Of a stretch of 64,000 nt of DNA, positions 1 through 11,653 are shown one piece after another (the first letter of the stretch is position 1; each line of letters begins with the position of its first letter). Location: assembly GCA_018895275.1 (NCBI GenBank), contig JAHIOQ010000051.1, positions 46,409-110,408 on the forward strand, written 5' to 3'. The notes under the pieces were generated by a model. The model was not told the DNA's origin. It ran no database searches and worked only from the letters and a program-made list of their open reading frames with translations. The translations under genes were made by a program, and so were the position numbers. Origin of the DNA: Candidatus Omnitrophota bacterium. GTDB taxonomy: Bacteria > Omnitrophota > Gorgyraeia > B26-G9.

Positions 1-213
1 CGACTCTTCTTCTGATGATCTCAATCGTACGGTCGACAATATCGGAACGCAAATCGTCGCTTGCCTTTTCCGGCAGTTTAGAAAGGTCAACGCGTAAGGT
101 CAGAAAAATCCCGCCCTGCAAATCAAGCCCGAGATTTATCTTCTGCTGCAGCGGATAAATAACCCACACACAAAACAATACCAGTAAAGCAGTTAATAAC
201 AACTTTATTTTCA
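1..213 (-). CDS. secD: protein translocase subunit SecD, N-terminal portion (gene continues beyond window start)
   Basis: Reverse-strand translation from the ATG at 211-213 reads MKIKLLLTALLVLFCVWVIYPLQQKINLGLDLQGGIFLTLRVD..., i.e. the SecD N-terminal TM helix followed by the NLGLDL(K/Q)GG motif. It lies immediately downstream of yajC, as in yajC-secDF operons. Confidence 0.6.
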
Positions 214-265
214 TGTTCTTCGGCATTTCTTCCTCCTGTAGAAAATTTTAACCAATGCGTCCCCG

Positions 266-595
266 TTATGACTGGCGTGCTTTCTTAACCGTGGAAATAG
301 CGCTCTTGTCAAACTCAATCTTCACGTTATCATCAACCTTAAGCACAATCGTCTTTTCCTTAACATTAACCACCGTTCCGTGAATGCCGCCGGCAGTAAT
401 CACCTCATCGTTCTTTTTAAGCTGGCTGGCCATATCCTGCTTTTCCTTTTGCTGCTTTTGCTGCGGCCTGATAAGAAAAAAATAAAAAACCAGAAAAATA
501 ATCAGATACATGGGAAACAAAACCAAAAATCCTCCCTGCCCCTGCGGCACTGCTTCATTAGCGCCCTGCGCATATACTGCCGAAATAAAATCCAC
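266..595 (-). CDS. yajC: preprotein translocase subunit YajC
   Basis: 109 aa with a single N-terminal TM helix and the conserved C-terminal segment GDEVITAGGIHGTVVNVKEKTIVLKVDDNVKIEF typical of YajC. Confidence 0.85.
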   Translation of the reverse strand: MDFISAVYAQGANEAVPQGQGGFLVLFPMYLIIFLVFYFFLIRPQQKQQKEKQDMASQLKKNDEVITAGGIHGTVVNVKEKTIVLKVDDNVKIEFDKSAISTVKKARQS

Positions 596-627
596 TTTGC
601 TTTCCTCCTCCTGCTTTGCCGTTATAA

Positions 628-777
628 CAAGTTAATAGGACGCAGATTTTCGCAGATAAATCAGGATTTAAAAATTCTATGCATCTGCGCCTTAATCAAT
701 TTATTTCCTTGAACTCTTTATTCTTAAAATCTTGATAATCTGCGCTCATCTGCGTCCAAAAAGGAAATTCCTATACC
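628..777. mobile_element. miniature TIR-bounded element, copy A (about 150 bp); a shortened relative of the element at 63086-63296
   Basis: The left end GGACGCAGATTTTCGCAGATAAATCAGGATTTAAAAAT (638-675) and the right end at 720-757 are inverted repeats with about 30 of 38 matches. The flanks CAAGTTAATAG and AAAAAGGAAATTCCTATAC are also shared with the 63 kb copy. The right TIR encodes ATGAGCGCAGATTATCAAGATTTT (MSADYQDF) on the minus strand. Confidence 0.55.
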
Positions 778-1234
778 ATAAATTTATTTTCATTTTCCCT
801 TTATTCACAAAAACGTAAACGGAATAATTATACAATATATTGCAATATTTTGCTACCTTTTTGTTTATAGAAAATAGATACTTAGACCGCGGCTTGCCTG
901 CCTCTCGCATCCCGTAGTAGTTAACCCGGTATAATTCAGCGCCAATGCGTTTCTATCCATGCAGCTGCCTGCCTATTCAATTCCAACGGTGCAGGCGCAT
1001 GGCCGCCCTCAAATTCAAACCATGCGGTTTGCCAATTGCGTTCTTCTAAAAACCGGCGGTCATCCTTCATATGTTCAGCCGATACCGGCAAGAAAAATTA
1101 TTATACTCAGCGATATTATTATCAGTATCTTCATGAAAATATTATACTGCATGAAATCGGAAATCGACAACTTTTTTTTGAATACCATTTTTGAATACCG
1201 GGAATCGAAGATTGAAAAATATAATGGCTTTCAA

Positions 1235-3438
<2,204 letters not shown>

Positions 3439-3541
3439 TTTTTAATCCTGGAAATTAGCCACAATATAAAAGAAAGCAGCGCACTCAACAATAAAAAGCT
3501 TTCCCATCTGACTTATCTGATTCATGTTTTCATCCAATTTT

Positions 3542-4096
3542 TTATAAAACTTTGACTCTGCGTTCCTCGCGGCTAAGATTGCATCCGCAGTATTTCTGGC
3601 GGTATAATCCTTCCTGCCGGGAAATGCCTACGGCCTCCTGATACCCCTGCCGGAAATCGCAATAATAAAAATCAACGCCCGTATCCAGCGCGGCCATTTC
3701 TCCGGCCTCTTTCAGCAACACATGGTCCTGATATGGACTCACCAGCAAGGTCGTGGAAAAAACACCGGCGTTTATCCGTTTCGCGTATTCGGCGGTTTTT
3801 TTAAGCCGCAGATACCAGCATATACGGCAGCGCTGCGGCCGCTGCGCGCTATCGGCAATCATCCGCGTAAATTCATCCTGCGCATCATCCTCGAAAAAAC
3901 AAACCGTGCAGTCAATCTTCTGCGCGTAACCTTGCAGCGTCTGTTTTCTTAAGGCATATTCCTGTGCGGAATATATGTTCGGATTATAAAAAAAACCTTT
4001 AATCGCAAAGCCGGCTCCGCTTAACTTCCGGAAGGGATAAATCAGGCAGGGCGCGCAGCAAATATGCAGTACGATATCCTGCTCACTCATCCTCAA
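3542..4096 (-). CDS. queH: epoxyqueuosine reductase QueH (DUF208 family)
   Basis: 184 aa with the HICCAPC motif near the N-terminus and a CGC motif near the C-terminus. It completes a tgt-queA-queH queuosine cluster. Confidence 0.75.
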   Translation of the reverse strand: MRMSEQDIVLHICCAPCLIYPFRKLSGAGFAIKGFFYNPNIYSAQEYALRKQTLQGYAQKIDCTVCFFEDDAQDEFTRMIADSAQRPQRCRICWYLRLKKTAEYAKRINAGVFSTTLLVSPYQDHVLLKEAGEMAALDTGVDFYYCDFRQGYQEAVGISRQEGLYRQKYCGCNLSREERRVKVL

Positions 4097-5165
4097 ACAA
4101 CCCCTTTTGCGTCTTATCCGGGCCAGGCCTTCCCAGATGCCGGTACGCGGCCTCCGTTGCCTGCCTGCCGCGCGGCGTGCGTTTCAACAGTCCTATCTTT
4201 AAAAGATACGGCTCAACCACATCGACAATCGTATCGCTTTCTTCGTTCAAGGTCGCGGCCAGGGATTCTATGCCCACCGGCCCTCCCTCATAAGTATCGA
4301 TTATCACCGCCAGCACGCGGCGGTCAATATCATCAAGCCCAAGACTGTCTATCCCCTGCAGGTTAAGCGCTGCCTCCGATACCGCGGGATTTATCCTGCC
4401 GTCCTCCTTAACCTGAGAATAGTCGCGCACTCGGCGAAGAAGGCGGTTTGCCACGCGCGGCGTGCCGCGGGAGCGGCGAGCGATCAGTTCCGCGCTCTCT
4501 TCATCCAGGGGCATGGACAATACCTCTGCCGATTTCTTAACAATCTTCACCAGCTCCGGCCACGGATAAAAATCAAGGTGGTAATACATGCCGAAGCGGC
4601 TGCGCAGGGCGCCGGTAAGCAGCCCGGAACGCGTCGTCGCTCCAATCAGCGTAAACGGTTTCAGGTTGAACTTAATCGTCTTCGCGTATGGCCCCTTATC
4701 AATGATGAAATCTATCTTGTAATCCTCCATCGCCGGATAAAGAAATTCTTCCACTATATTCGACAACCGGTGTATCTCGTCGATAAAAAGAATATCGCCG
4801 TGCTCGAGATTCGTAAGTATGCCGATAAGGTCTCCGGCGCGTTCTATCGCCGGCCCGGAGGTCGTCGTAATTTTCGTGCCCATCTCATGGGCGATAATAT
4901 GCGCCAGTGTCGTCTTGCCCAGCCCCGGCGGCCCGGAAAAGATCAGGTGTTCCAAAGGCTCATGCCGCGCCTGCGCGGCCTGGATACCGATATTAAGATT
5001 ATCTTTAATCTTATCCTGTCCGATAAAGTCGTTGAATTTCAGCGGCCGCAAAGAAAGATTAAGAACAATATCTTCCTCGGTCTCCTCCTGCGAGAGCACC
5101 GGCTCGCGCAGCAATTTTTCCTCTTCGTTATTCGGATTGAGCTGATCTCTGTCTATAGACTTCAT
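4083..5165 (-). CDS. ruvB: Holliday junction branch migration DNA helicase RuvB
   Basis: The predicted product has an AAA+ Walker A motif GPPGLGKTTLAHIIAHEMG, the segment LFIDEIHRL and a RuvB C-terminal winged-helix region. Confidence 0.9.
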   Translation of the reverse strand: MKSIDRDQLNPNNEEEKLLREPVLSQEETEEDIVLNLSLRPLKFNDFIGQDKIKDNLNIGIQAAQARHEPLEHLIFSGPPGLGKTTLAHIIAHEMGTKITTTSGPAIERAGDLIGILTNLEHGDILFIDEIHRLSNIVEEFLYPAMEDYKIDFIIDKGPYAKTIKFNLKPFTLIGATTRSGLLTGALRSRFGMYYHLDFYPWPELVKIVKKSAEVLSMPLDEESAELIARRSRGTPRVANRLLRRVRDYSQVKEDGRINPAVSEAALNLQGIDSLGLDDIDRRVLAVIIDTYEGGPVGIESLAATLNEESDTIVDVVEPYLLKIGLLKRTPRGRQATEAAYRHLGRPGPDKTQKGLFEDE

Positions 5166-5754
5166 TTAATAATTCTTCCGCATTTTTGACCTGGGGATTT
5201 CTCTCCATCGCCTTTTTAATCATTGTTTCCGCTTCCGGGCGCTTATACTGCAGCTGCAGCAGCACGGACAAGGCCTCCTGCTCAATATCCGCCTTTTCGT
5301 CTTTTTTTATTGCCTGCTGCGGCAAAGAGCGTATCAAGCCAAACTTGCCGACCTTGCCCTGTAGTTTGGCGACAATCTCCCGCGCGCGCTGATTGCCAAT
5401 ACCGGGAAGCGCTTTTAAAAAATTAACATCCCCGGCATCTATCGCGCGGGCGATATCGGATATCGGCTCGCTGATTGCTCTTACTGCCGCCTTGGGACCG
5501 ATGCCGGATACGGTAATAAATTTCTCAAAAAACTCTTTTTCCACTTCGTTCAAAAATCCCACTAAAATGGGAATACTTTTGGAAGGGTCGGTCTGGTAAT
5601 AATGATAGGTGACAAATTCCGCATGGGTCTCATTCTGCGCTAGAGAGCGCATAATGCCCTGAGGCAGGAGCACCTCATAGCCGATACCGTTGACCTCAAG
5701 CAATACGGAATTTTCTTCCTTACCTATAATCTTACCGGAAATCCTGCAAATCAT
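5128..5754 (-). CDS. ruvA: Holliday junction DNA helicase RuvA
   Basis: The N-terminus MICRISGKIIGKEENSVLLEVNGIGYEV aligns with RuvA domain I, and helix-hairpin-helix GIG motifs follow. Its 3' end overlaps the ruvB start. Confidence 0.85.
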   Translation of the reverse strand: MICRISGKIIGKEENSVLLEVNGIGYEVLLPQGIMRSLAQNETHAEFVTYHYYQTDPSKSIPILVGFLNEVEKEFFEKFITVSGIGPKAAVRAISEPISDIARAIDAGDVNFLKALPGIGNQRAREIVAKLQGKVGKFGLIRSLPQQAIKKDEKADIEQEALSVLLQLQYKRPEAETMIKKAMERNPQVKNAEELLNEVYRQRSAQSE

Positions 5755-6233
5755 AACTGCCTCTTTGTTACATTTATATGCGTAATCGCCAAGGCCAGCG
5801 CATCGGCAACATCATAAGGCGCCGGGTCCTTTTTTAATCCCAACATTTCTTTAATCACTCTCTGTACCTGCAGTTTCTTTGCCCCGCCTGTGCCGGTAAC
5901 CGCCTTCTTCACCTTTTTTGCCGCGTAACCGGCAACCGGAATACGCGACTGTCCTGCCAGCAGGCAAATCGCGCCGCGCGCGTGCGCCATAAGAATCGCT
6001 GTCCGCGGATTTTTATAATGTGAATACAATTCCTCCAGGGCAATTACCTGCGGACGATAAATCTCAATAACCTGGCGCAGGCCTTTATAAATCTTATCCA
6101 GCCTGAGGCTCATGGGCTCTTTACACGAACTGCGGACAACCCCAGCTTCCAGCAGAACCATTCTCCCTGCCTTGGCCTCGATCAGGCCGTATCCGGTGCA
6201 TTGCAAACCTGGATCTATTCCCAAGACGCGCAT
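5751..6233 (-). CDS. ruvC: crossover junction endodeoxyribonuclease RuvC
   Basis: The product contains MRVLGIDPGLQCTGYGLIE, the RuvC catalytic N-terminus. The start was moved to the ATG giving MRVLGID. It overlaps ruvA by 4 nt. Confidence 0.85.
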   Translation of the reverse strand: MRVLGIDPGLQCTGYGLIEAKAGRMVLLEAGVVRSSCKEPMSLRLDKIYKGLRQVIEIYRPQVIALEELYSHYKNPRTAILMAHARGAICLLAGQSRIPVAGYAAKKVKKAVTGTGGAKKLQVQRVIKEMLGLKKDPAPYDVADALALAITHINVTKRQL

Positions 6234-6240
6234 GTATTTC

Positions 6241-6996
6241 CTATACCTCAATCTCTTTTAATATTTCATCCGGGATATCGAAATTCGCGTAAACATTCTG
6301 CACGTCGTCGTGGTCTTCCAGGGTACTGATAAGATTTAGTATCTGCTGCGCCGTGGACTTATCGTTTATCTTTACCGTGTTTGCCGGCACCTTGGTTATT
6401 TCCGCGGAGACGGCAATAACACCATTGTCTTCCACGGCCTTTTTCACGTTTTCAAAATCCTTTACCGCGGTGCTGATTTCATACGTTTCATCCTGAACAG
6501 TCATGTCTTCGGCGCCGTTTTCCAGGATAATATTCATCAGCTTATCTTCCGCGCACTCTTTTTTCTCAACGATAATCATCCCCTTGGGCTGAAACATCCA
6601 GCTTACGGACCCGGCTCCGGCCATGTTCGCGCCCCTCTTCGAAAAGATATTACGGATCTCGGACGCGGCGCGGTTTTTATTATCCGTGAGCACGTCCACG
6701 AGCATCGCCACGCCGCCGGGGCCATAGCCCTCGTACGTTACTTCCTCGTATATGACGCCGGGCAATTCACCCGTGCCTTTTTTAATCGCCTTTTCGATGT
6801 TGTCCTTAGGCATATTCGATTCTTTCGCGCGGCTTATCGCCAGGCGAAGGCGCGGATTGGCGTCCGGATTACCGCCGCCGCCGAAACGCGCGGCAACCGT
6901 CAGTTCCTTAATCAATTTCGTAAAGACCTTTCCCCGTTTCGAATCTGTTGCTGCCTTTTTGTGTTTAATACTTGCCCATTTTGAATGTCCCGACAT
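6241..6996 (-). CDS. YebC/PmpR family DNA-binding transcriptional regulator
   Basis: The N-terminus MSGHSKWASIKHKKAATDSKRGKVFTKLIKEL is the hallmark of the YebC family. It overlaps ruvC. Confidence 0.85.
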   Translation of the reverse strand: MSGHSKWASIKHKKAATDSKRGKVFTKLIKELTVAARFGGGGNPDANPRLRLAISRAKESNMPKDNIEKAIKKGTGELPGVIYEEVTYEGYGPGGVAMLVDVLTDNKNRAASEIRNIFSKRGANMAGAGSVSWMFQPKGMIIVEKKECAEDKLMNIILENGAEDMTVQDETYEISTAVKDFENVKKAVEDNGVIAVSAEITKVPANTVKINDKSTAQQILNLISTLEDHDDVQNVYANFDIPDEILKEIEV

Positions 6997-7059
6997 ACAC
7001 GATCTCTCCTGTTTTATATGTTATATTTATTCCTCTGTTCCGTATTGCACATTAACCGA

Positions 7060-7476
7060 TTATCCCGGATTATACTTGGCGATTCTTGTTTGAAACGACT
7101 CCTCTAATAATTTCCCCTTTAACCTCCAGCGCACGGTTACCTTAACATCCTTGAACGTCGCCGCGCCCGTAGGATTAATCTCTATCTTATACTCAAATCC
7201 CGCGTATTCCGCGGATGGGACAAAATCGGTTATCTTAGTATCGGCTTTAGTTATATCATCATAGGCCGCGGCGCGCACATTCTCTATCCATTCGCGCGCA
7301 AGCAGGGTTGCCTTCGTCAAATCCGAGGCACGCCGTGATGCATCCAGCGCTACCGGCAGATATGCCATCACGGAAATAAGCCCGATGCCGAGTATGGTCA
7401 GGGCAATAATAATCTCAATAAGCGTAAACCCCGTTAGAGAACTTCGTTCCCTAACGGTTTCCGCTGACATTGGCAT
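7060..7476 (-). CDS. prepilin-type N-terminal cleavage/methylation domain protein (type IV pilin or T2SS pseudopilin)
   Basis: It carries the GFTLIEIIIALTILGIGL class III signal motif after a short basic leader. The longer ORF up to 7629 has no coding features, so the start was placed at the internal ATG (MPMSAETVRERSSLTGFTLIE). Confidence 0.6.
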   Translation of the reverse strand: MPMSAETVRERSSLTGFTLIEIIIALTILGIGLISVMAYLPVALDASRRASDLTKATLLAREWIENVRAAAYDDITKADTKITDFVPSAEYAGFEYKIEINPTGAATFKDVKVTVRWRLKGKLLEESFQTRIAKYNPG

Positions 7477-7606
7477 TAAACCACCGGCAGCGTCTATATT
7501 TTTCCCACCACCGACTTCGTCGGTAGCTTTCTCTAACGGGGTAAACGCCCTAGCTGAAGCGAAAGATATTTTTTTTCGAAACAATAATCTCATACATGAA
7601 AAAGGT

Positions 7607-9661
7607 CTATTCCTCATGTTCATGTTCAAATTTCGCCTGCGCGATTATCTTTTCCGCGATGCGGCCGGGAACCTCTTCGTAATGAGAAAAAGTCATTGAG
7701 TACGAGCCTCTGCCCTGCGTCATCGAGCGCAGTTCCGTAGCATAACGCAGCATCTCGGAGAGCGGCACCTGCGCCTTTATCTTCTCATATTTACCGGACA
7801 GTTCCATGCCCTGCACCCTGCCGCGGCGCGAACTTAAGTCGCCGTTAATCGCGCCCATGTATTCGTCGGGAATAACGATTTCCACGTCCATTAGCGGTTC
7901 CAGGAGGATCGGAGAGGCCTCCACAACGCCTTTGCGCAACGCCATACCCGCGGCGATTTGAAACGCCATATCCGAAGAATCCACTTCGTGATAAGAACCG
8001 TCAAAGATGGTCACGCTTAAATCCACAAGCGGATACCCGGCAATCGCGCCGCCGCCCAGTGCCTTGCGCACGCCCTTTTCCACGGAAGGGATATACTGGC
8101 GCGGCACAACACCGCCGACGACTTTATCCAGGAACACAAACTCCTGTCCGCGCGCAAGCGGATGCAGCTCCAGCCATACGTCGGCATACTGCCCCCTGCC
8201 GCCGGATTGTTTTTTGTATTTTTGATGAATCTTTGTCGACTTCTTTATCGTCTCTTTATAAGGAACCTTCGGCATTCCCACCTCCACTTCCACGTGATAA
8301 CGCTGTTTTAAGCGCTCGATAGCGATTTCCAGGTGCATATCTCCCATGCCGGAAAGAATCAGCTCCTTGGTCTGAGAATCGCGGGAAACACGCAGACCCT
8401 GGTCCTCGGTAGTCATCTTTGCCAATGACTGCGAAATCTTTTCTTCATCCTGGCGCGTCTTCGGCTTCAGGGAAAACGATATCGCCGGTTCCATGAATAC
8501 TTTCTTATTAAACAATAACGGGTGCTTTGCATCGGTAAGGCTGTCGCCGGTATGCGTATTCTTCAATTTCGCCACCGCCGCGATATCGCCGGCGCAAACA
8601 CTCTCCACCGAAAGCTGCTCCTTGCCCTGCATTATATAAATCTGGCCGAAACGCTCCGCAGTGTCCTGCTCCACATTAAAAAATTCCGTATTCGAATTCA
8701 ACACACCGGAGACCACCCGGAACAAACTCAACTGTCCGACATAAGGGTCGGAAATCGTCTTGAACACAAACGCGCTAAAAGGCCGGCTGCTATCGGCAAT
8801 AACCGTCTTTTTTTCTTTTGTCCGCGCGTCAAACGCGTCCACCTGCGTAGTGCTTGCCGCTGCCGGAAAATAGGCAATAATCGCGCTAATCAATTCCTTG
8901 ATGCCCAGTTGCGCAAGCGGATTGCCGCAGAATATCGGCACAATCTGCTGCTGTTTTAGCGCCGTCTTAAACGCGTTATCAATTTCCGCATCGCTTAATT
9001 CCTCGCCGCCAAGATATTTTTCCACCAGCGCGTCATCGGATTCGGCGATAATCTCCACCAGTTTTTCCCGGTATTTCCCTGCCTCCGCCTGCTGTTCCGC
9101 GGAAAGGCCGCTCCATCCTGACTTAGAAAGAAGACTGATTATTCCTTTAAAGCTTGAGATACTGCCTATGGGAAGAAATACCGGAGTACACCTGTCCCCG
9201 AAAACAGCGCGTATAGTATCCACGATACCGTAAAAATCGGAATTATCCTTATCCAACTTATTGATAAAGATTGCCCGCGGCAGAGAATTGGCATCAAGAA
9301 TTCCCCAGGCACGCTGAGTACCAACTTCTATACCGTCCACTCCGCTGATCACCACGATACCAGCCTCCGCGGCAGGCACGGCATTGCGCAGCTCCACGAT
9401 AAAGTCGGCATAACCGGGAGTATCAAGCATATTAATTTTCGTACCGCCGGAAATACAATGCAGTAAAGAAGTATTAATGGAAATTTTGCGCGCTATCTCT
9501 ATCGGGTCATAATCACTAATCGAATTACCGCTGTCAACGCTGCCCTGCCGGGTAACCTGGCCCGCAGCAAAAAGCATGGAATCGACAAGGGTTGTCTTTC
9601 CCGCCCCGGAATGAGAAACAAAGACCACATTACGAATCATATTTTCCGCGTATCTTTCCAT
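7607..9661 (-). CDS. elongation factor G family GTPase (EF-G paralog)
   Basis: 684 aa. It has a G1 motif SHSGAGKTTL, then DTPGYADF and NKLD, followed by EF-G domains III-V. The G1 context diverges from canonical fusA. Confidence 0.75.
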   Translation of the reverse strand: MERYAENMIRNVVFVSHSGAGKTTLVDSMLFAAGQVTRQGSVDSGNSISDYDPIEIARKISINTSLLHCISGGTKINMLDTPGYADFIVELRNAVPAAEAGIVVISGVDGIEVGTQRAWGILDANSLPRAIFINKLDKDNSDFYGIVDTIRAVFGDRCTPVFLPIGSISSFKGIISLLSKSGWSGLSAEQQAEAGKYREKLVEIIAESDDALVEKYLGGEELSDAEIDNAFKTALKQQQIVPIFCGNPLAQLGIKELISAIIAYFPAAASTTQVDAFDARTKEKKTVIADSSRPFSAFVFKTISDPYVGQLSLFRVVSGVLNSNTEFFNVEQDTAERFGQIYIMQGKEQLSVESVCAGDIAAVAKLKNTHTGDSLTDAKHPLLFNKKVFMEPAISFSLKPKTRQDEEKISQSLAKMTTEDQGLRVSRDSQTKELILSGMGDMHLEIAIERLKQRYHVEVEVGMPKVPYKETIKKSTKIHQKYKKQSGGRGQYADVWLELHPLARGQEFVFLDKVVGGVVPRQYIPSVEKGVRKALGGGAIAGYPLVDLSVTIFDGSYHEVDSSDMAFQIAAGMALRKGVVEASPILLEPLMDVEIVIPDEYMGAINGDLSSRRGRVQGMELSGKYEKIKAQVPLSEMLRYATELRSMTQGRGSYSMTFSHYEEVPGRIAEKIIAQAKFEHEHEE

Positions 9662-9696
9662 TGTCTATACCCTCCCTCGCCTGGTTAATAATAAAA

Positions 9697-11226
9697 TTAT
9701 TCATTAATTATTCTGTCTTTCGGCTCAACCTTCCACGGATGCGCGGCAACGATAATCGCAAAGAACAACGTATAAATAAGCCAGTCCCTGCCGATCATAA
9801 TGATTGCCACCCAGGAATACCCTCCATACGGCTTCGCCAGCTCCTGCACCAGCGACGAAATAAAAAGGATAATCAACACCAGCGGACAGATAAAGCGTAT
9901 GGACACATCCCACCACTTATTCAGCTTCCAATCACTGAAATGATTGATGTGTTCGCGCAGGCGCTTTGTTTTAAATATCCATCCCACGGCAATACACTCC
10001 AGAATACCCGCCAACACCAGGCCGTATTGCGTAAGGAAATGATCCACGATATCCAACCAGTACAATCCGGCGTGCGTCGTGAAAATGATACTGCCGAGAA
10101 ACCCGATCACACTGAGAACCGAAACCACCACTTTTCTCGGATAGTGAAATTTATCGATAATCGCCGAGGTAAACGCCTCGAGTATGGAAATCGCCGAGGA
10201 TAAACCGGCAATAACCAGTGTGGCAAAAAACATAACGCCGAAAAGTTTCGAAAAATGCGGCAGCAGGCTGATGGCCTTTGGATAGGCGACAAAGGCAAGG
10301 CCGATTGAATCACTGACTACCTCGCTGATATCCTTGCCTGAAGTACCCGCCATATAACCGAGCACGGAAAAGACACCTAACCCGGCAAACAAGGAATACA
10401 GGCAGTTAACTATACATATCACAAACGAATCCTTAACAATCTGGCTCTTTTTCGGCAGGTAAGAGGCATAGGCGATCATAATCCCGAATCCCAGGCTTAG
10501 AGTAAAGAAAATCTGGCTGAAGGCGTCTATCCATACCCCCGGCTCGCGCAGGCGCGGGAAATCAGGGCGCAGATACAGCATTATCCCCTCTTTTGCTCCC
10601 GGCAGCCGGATGCTCCATAAGACTATCACCGCGGTTAAAACAAAAAGCAGCGGCATAAATATCTTATTCGCGCGTTCCAGGCCTTTTTGCACGCCGCCGA
10701 AGACAATCAGCCAGGTCATCCCCCAAACCCCCAGCAGTGAAAACAATATCGGCATACGGAAATCCCGCAGATTAAACGGGCTGTCGCTGAGCATGAGGAA
10801 CTGCTTGAAGAAAAAGGCATTCGGGTTATCCGTCCAGCCCGCGTTAAAAGACAAGAAAAAATAATTCAAACACCAGGAAATGACTACCGAATAATACATG
10901 ATAATGCCGAACATCACAAAGATAACCTGCCACCAGCCCAGCCACTCCCATTTTTTCGATACAACGGCCATACTTGCCGGCGCCGAACCTTTCATCTTAT
11001 GCCCAAGGCCTATTTCCAGGATCATCAGCGGAATCCCGACGATAAGCAAGGCCGTAAAATACGAGATAAGGAACGCGCCGCCGCCGTTCTTATAGCATAG
11101 ATAGGGAAAGCGCCAGATATTTCCTAACCCGATCGCGGAACCGATAGCCGCCAGCAAAAATCCAATATGAGACTTCCATTGAGGACGATGATGGATAAAA
11201 ACATCCTTACTCATACGAACATTCAC
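9697..11226 (-). CDS. sodium-dependent transporter, neurotransmitter:sodium symporter (NSS/SNF) family
   Basis: 509 aa with about 11-12 TM helices. The N-terminal NSS signature is GSAIGLGNIWRFPYLCYKNGGGAFLISY. Confidence 0.8.
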   Translation of the reverse strand: MNVRMSKDVFIHHRPQWKSHIGFLLAAIGSAIGLGNIWRFPYLCYKNGGGAFLISYFTALLIVGIPLMILEIGLGHKMKGSAPASMAVVSKKWEWLGWWQVIFVMFGIIMYYSVVISWCLNYFFLSFNAGWTDNPNAFFFKQFLMLSDSPFNLRDFRMPILFSLLGVWGMTWLIVFGGVQKGLERANKIFMPLLFVLTAVIVLWSIRLPGAKEGIMLYLRPDFPRLREPGVWIDAFSQIFFTLSLGFGIMIAYASYLPKKSQIVKDSFVICIVNCLYSLFAGLGVFSVLGYMAGTSGKDISEVVSDSIGLAFVAYPKAISLLPHFSKLFGVMFFATLVIAGLSSAISILEAFTSAIIDKFHYPRKVVVSVLSVIGFLGSIIFTTHAGLYWLDIVDHFLTQYGLVLAGILECIAVGWIFKTKRLREHINHFSDWKLNKWWDVSIRFICPLVLIILFISSLVQELAKPYGGYSWVAIIMIGRDWLIYTLFFAIIVAAHPWKVEPKDRIINE

Positions 11227-11358
11227 CTCGCTTTTTGCAAAAATACCTAAGGTTTTAACTTTAAGGACATAACAATATATATATCAAAAATTTAGAAAAA
11301 GGTCAACCAAAAACAGCGTTTATGTAGATAGATTATATGGAGTAGCAAGAATGACATG

Positions 11359-11395
11359 GGACGCAGATGAACGCAGATTTACAGGATTTTAAAAT
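11359..11395. repeat. solo TIR of the GACGCAGAT..CGCAGAT element family (third copy, one end only)
   Basis: The sequence GGACGCAGATGAACGCAGATTTACAGGATTTTAAAAT matches the TIRs at 638-675 and 63099-63136. Confidence 0.5.
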
Positions 11396-11480
11396 AATTC
11401 TTATGCAGAGCATATGCTGCATCTACAATTCTTTCAGCAATGGATTCCTCTTTTTCTGACAAGGGTTCAAAATTCATACC
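11379..11480 (-). pseudogene. GxxExxY family gene fragment (first about 27 codons) fused to a TIR repeat
   Basis: Minus-strand MNFEPLSEKEESIAERIVDAAYALHK matches the N-terminal helix of GxxExxY proteins (compare the intact gene 33258-33671, LTEKVIGAAMEVHRILG). It is cut off just before the GxxExxY motif where the TIR begins. The 66-aa ORF 11379-11579 in the track is a chimera of a repeat plus this fragment. Confidence 0.5.
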
Positions 11481-11653
11481 TGTGCCCGTAAGGGTATCTT
11501 TCCTTTGTGCCTTGGTGCCTTGGTGGCTAAAATTTCTACAATTATCCGCCAAATTTTTATTTTTTCTCGCCATGAACATATTCTAGAAATCTCTATTTAT
11601 CTATCCTTATCATCTGAGCTATCAGCGATGAGACAGGAGACAGGAAGATCCAC

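Noticed and set aside
960-1071. 44-codon minus-strand ORF (MKDDRRFLEERNWQTAW...) between tgt and the repeat element
   Set aside because: It has no Shine-Dalgarno I could recognise and no similarity to known small proteins, so it cannot be supported from sequence alone.
4578-5189. 203-aa plus-strand ORF and other long antisense ORFs (e.g. 8522-8959, 9592-10203, 27097-27765, 31151-31438)
   Set aside because: All are embedded antisense within strongly supported genes (ruvB, EF-G, NSS transporter, pyk, transglutaminase) and lack motifs. They are typical frame shadows.
11379-11579. 66-aa ORF in the track as a real small protein
   Set aside because: Its 5' half is translated repeat element (the CCTTGGTGCC motif) and its 3' end runs into a TIR. 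Only the central 27 codons resemble GxxExxY. It is better described as a gene fragment or chimera.
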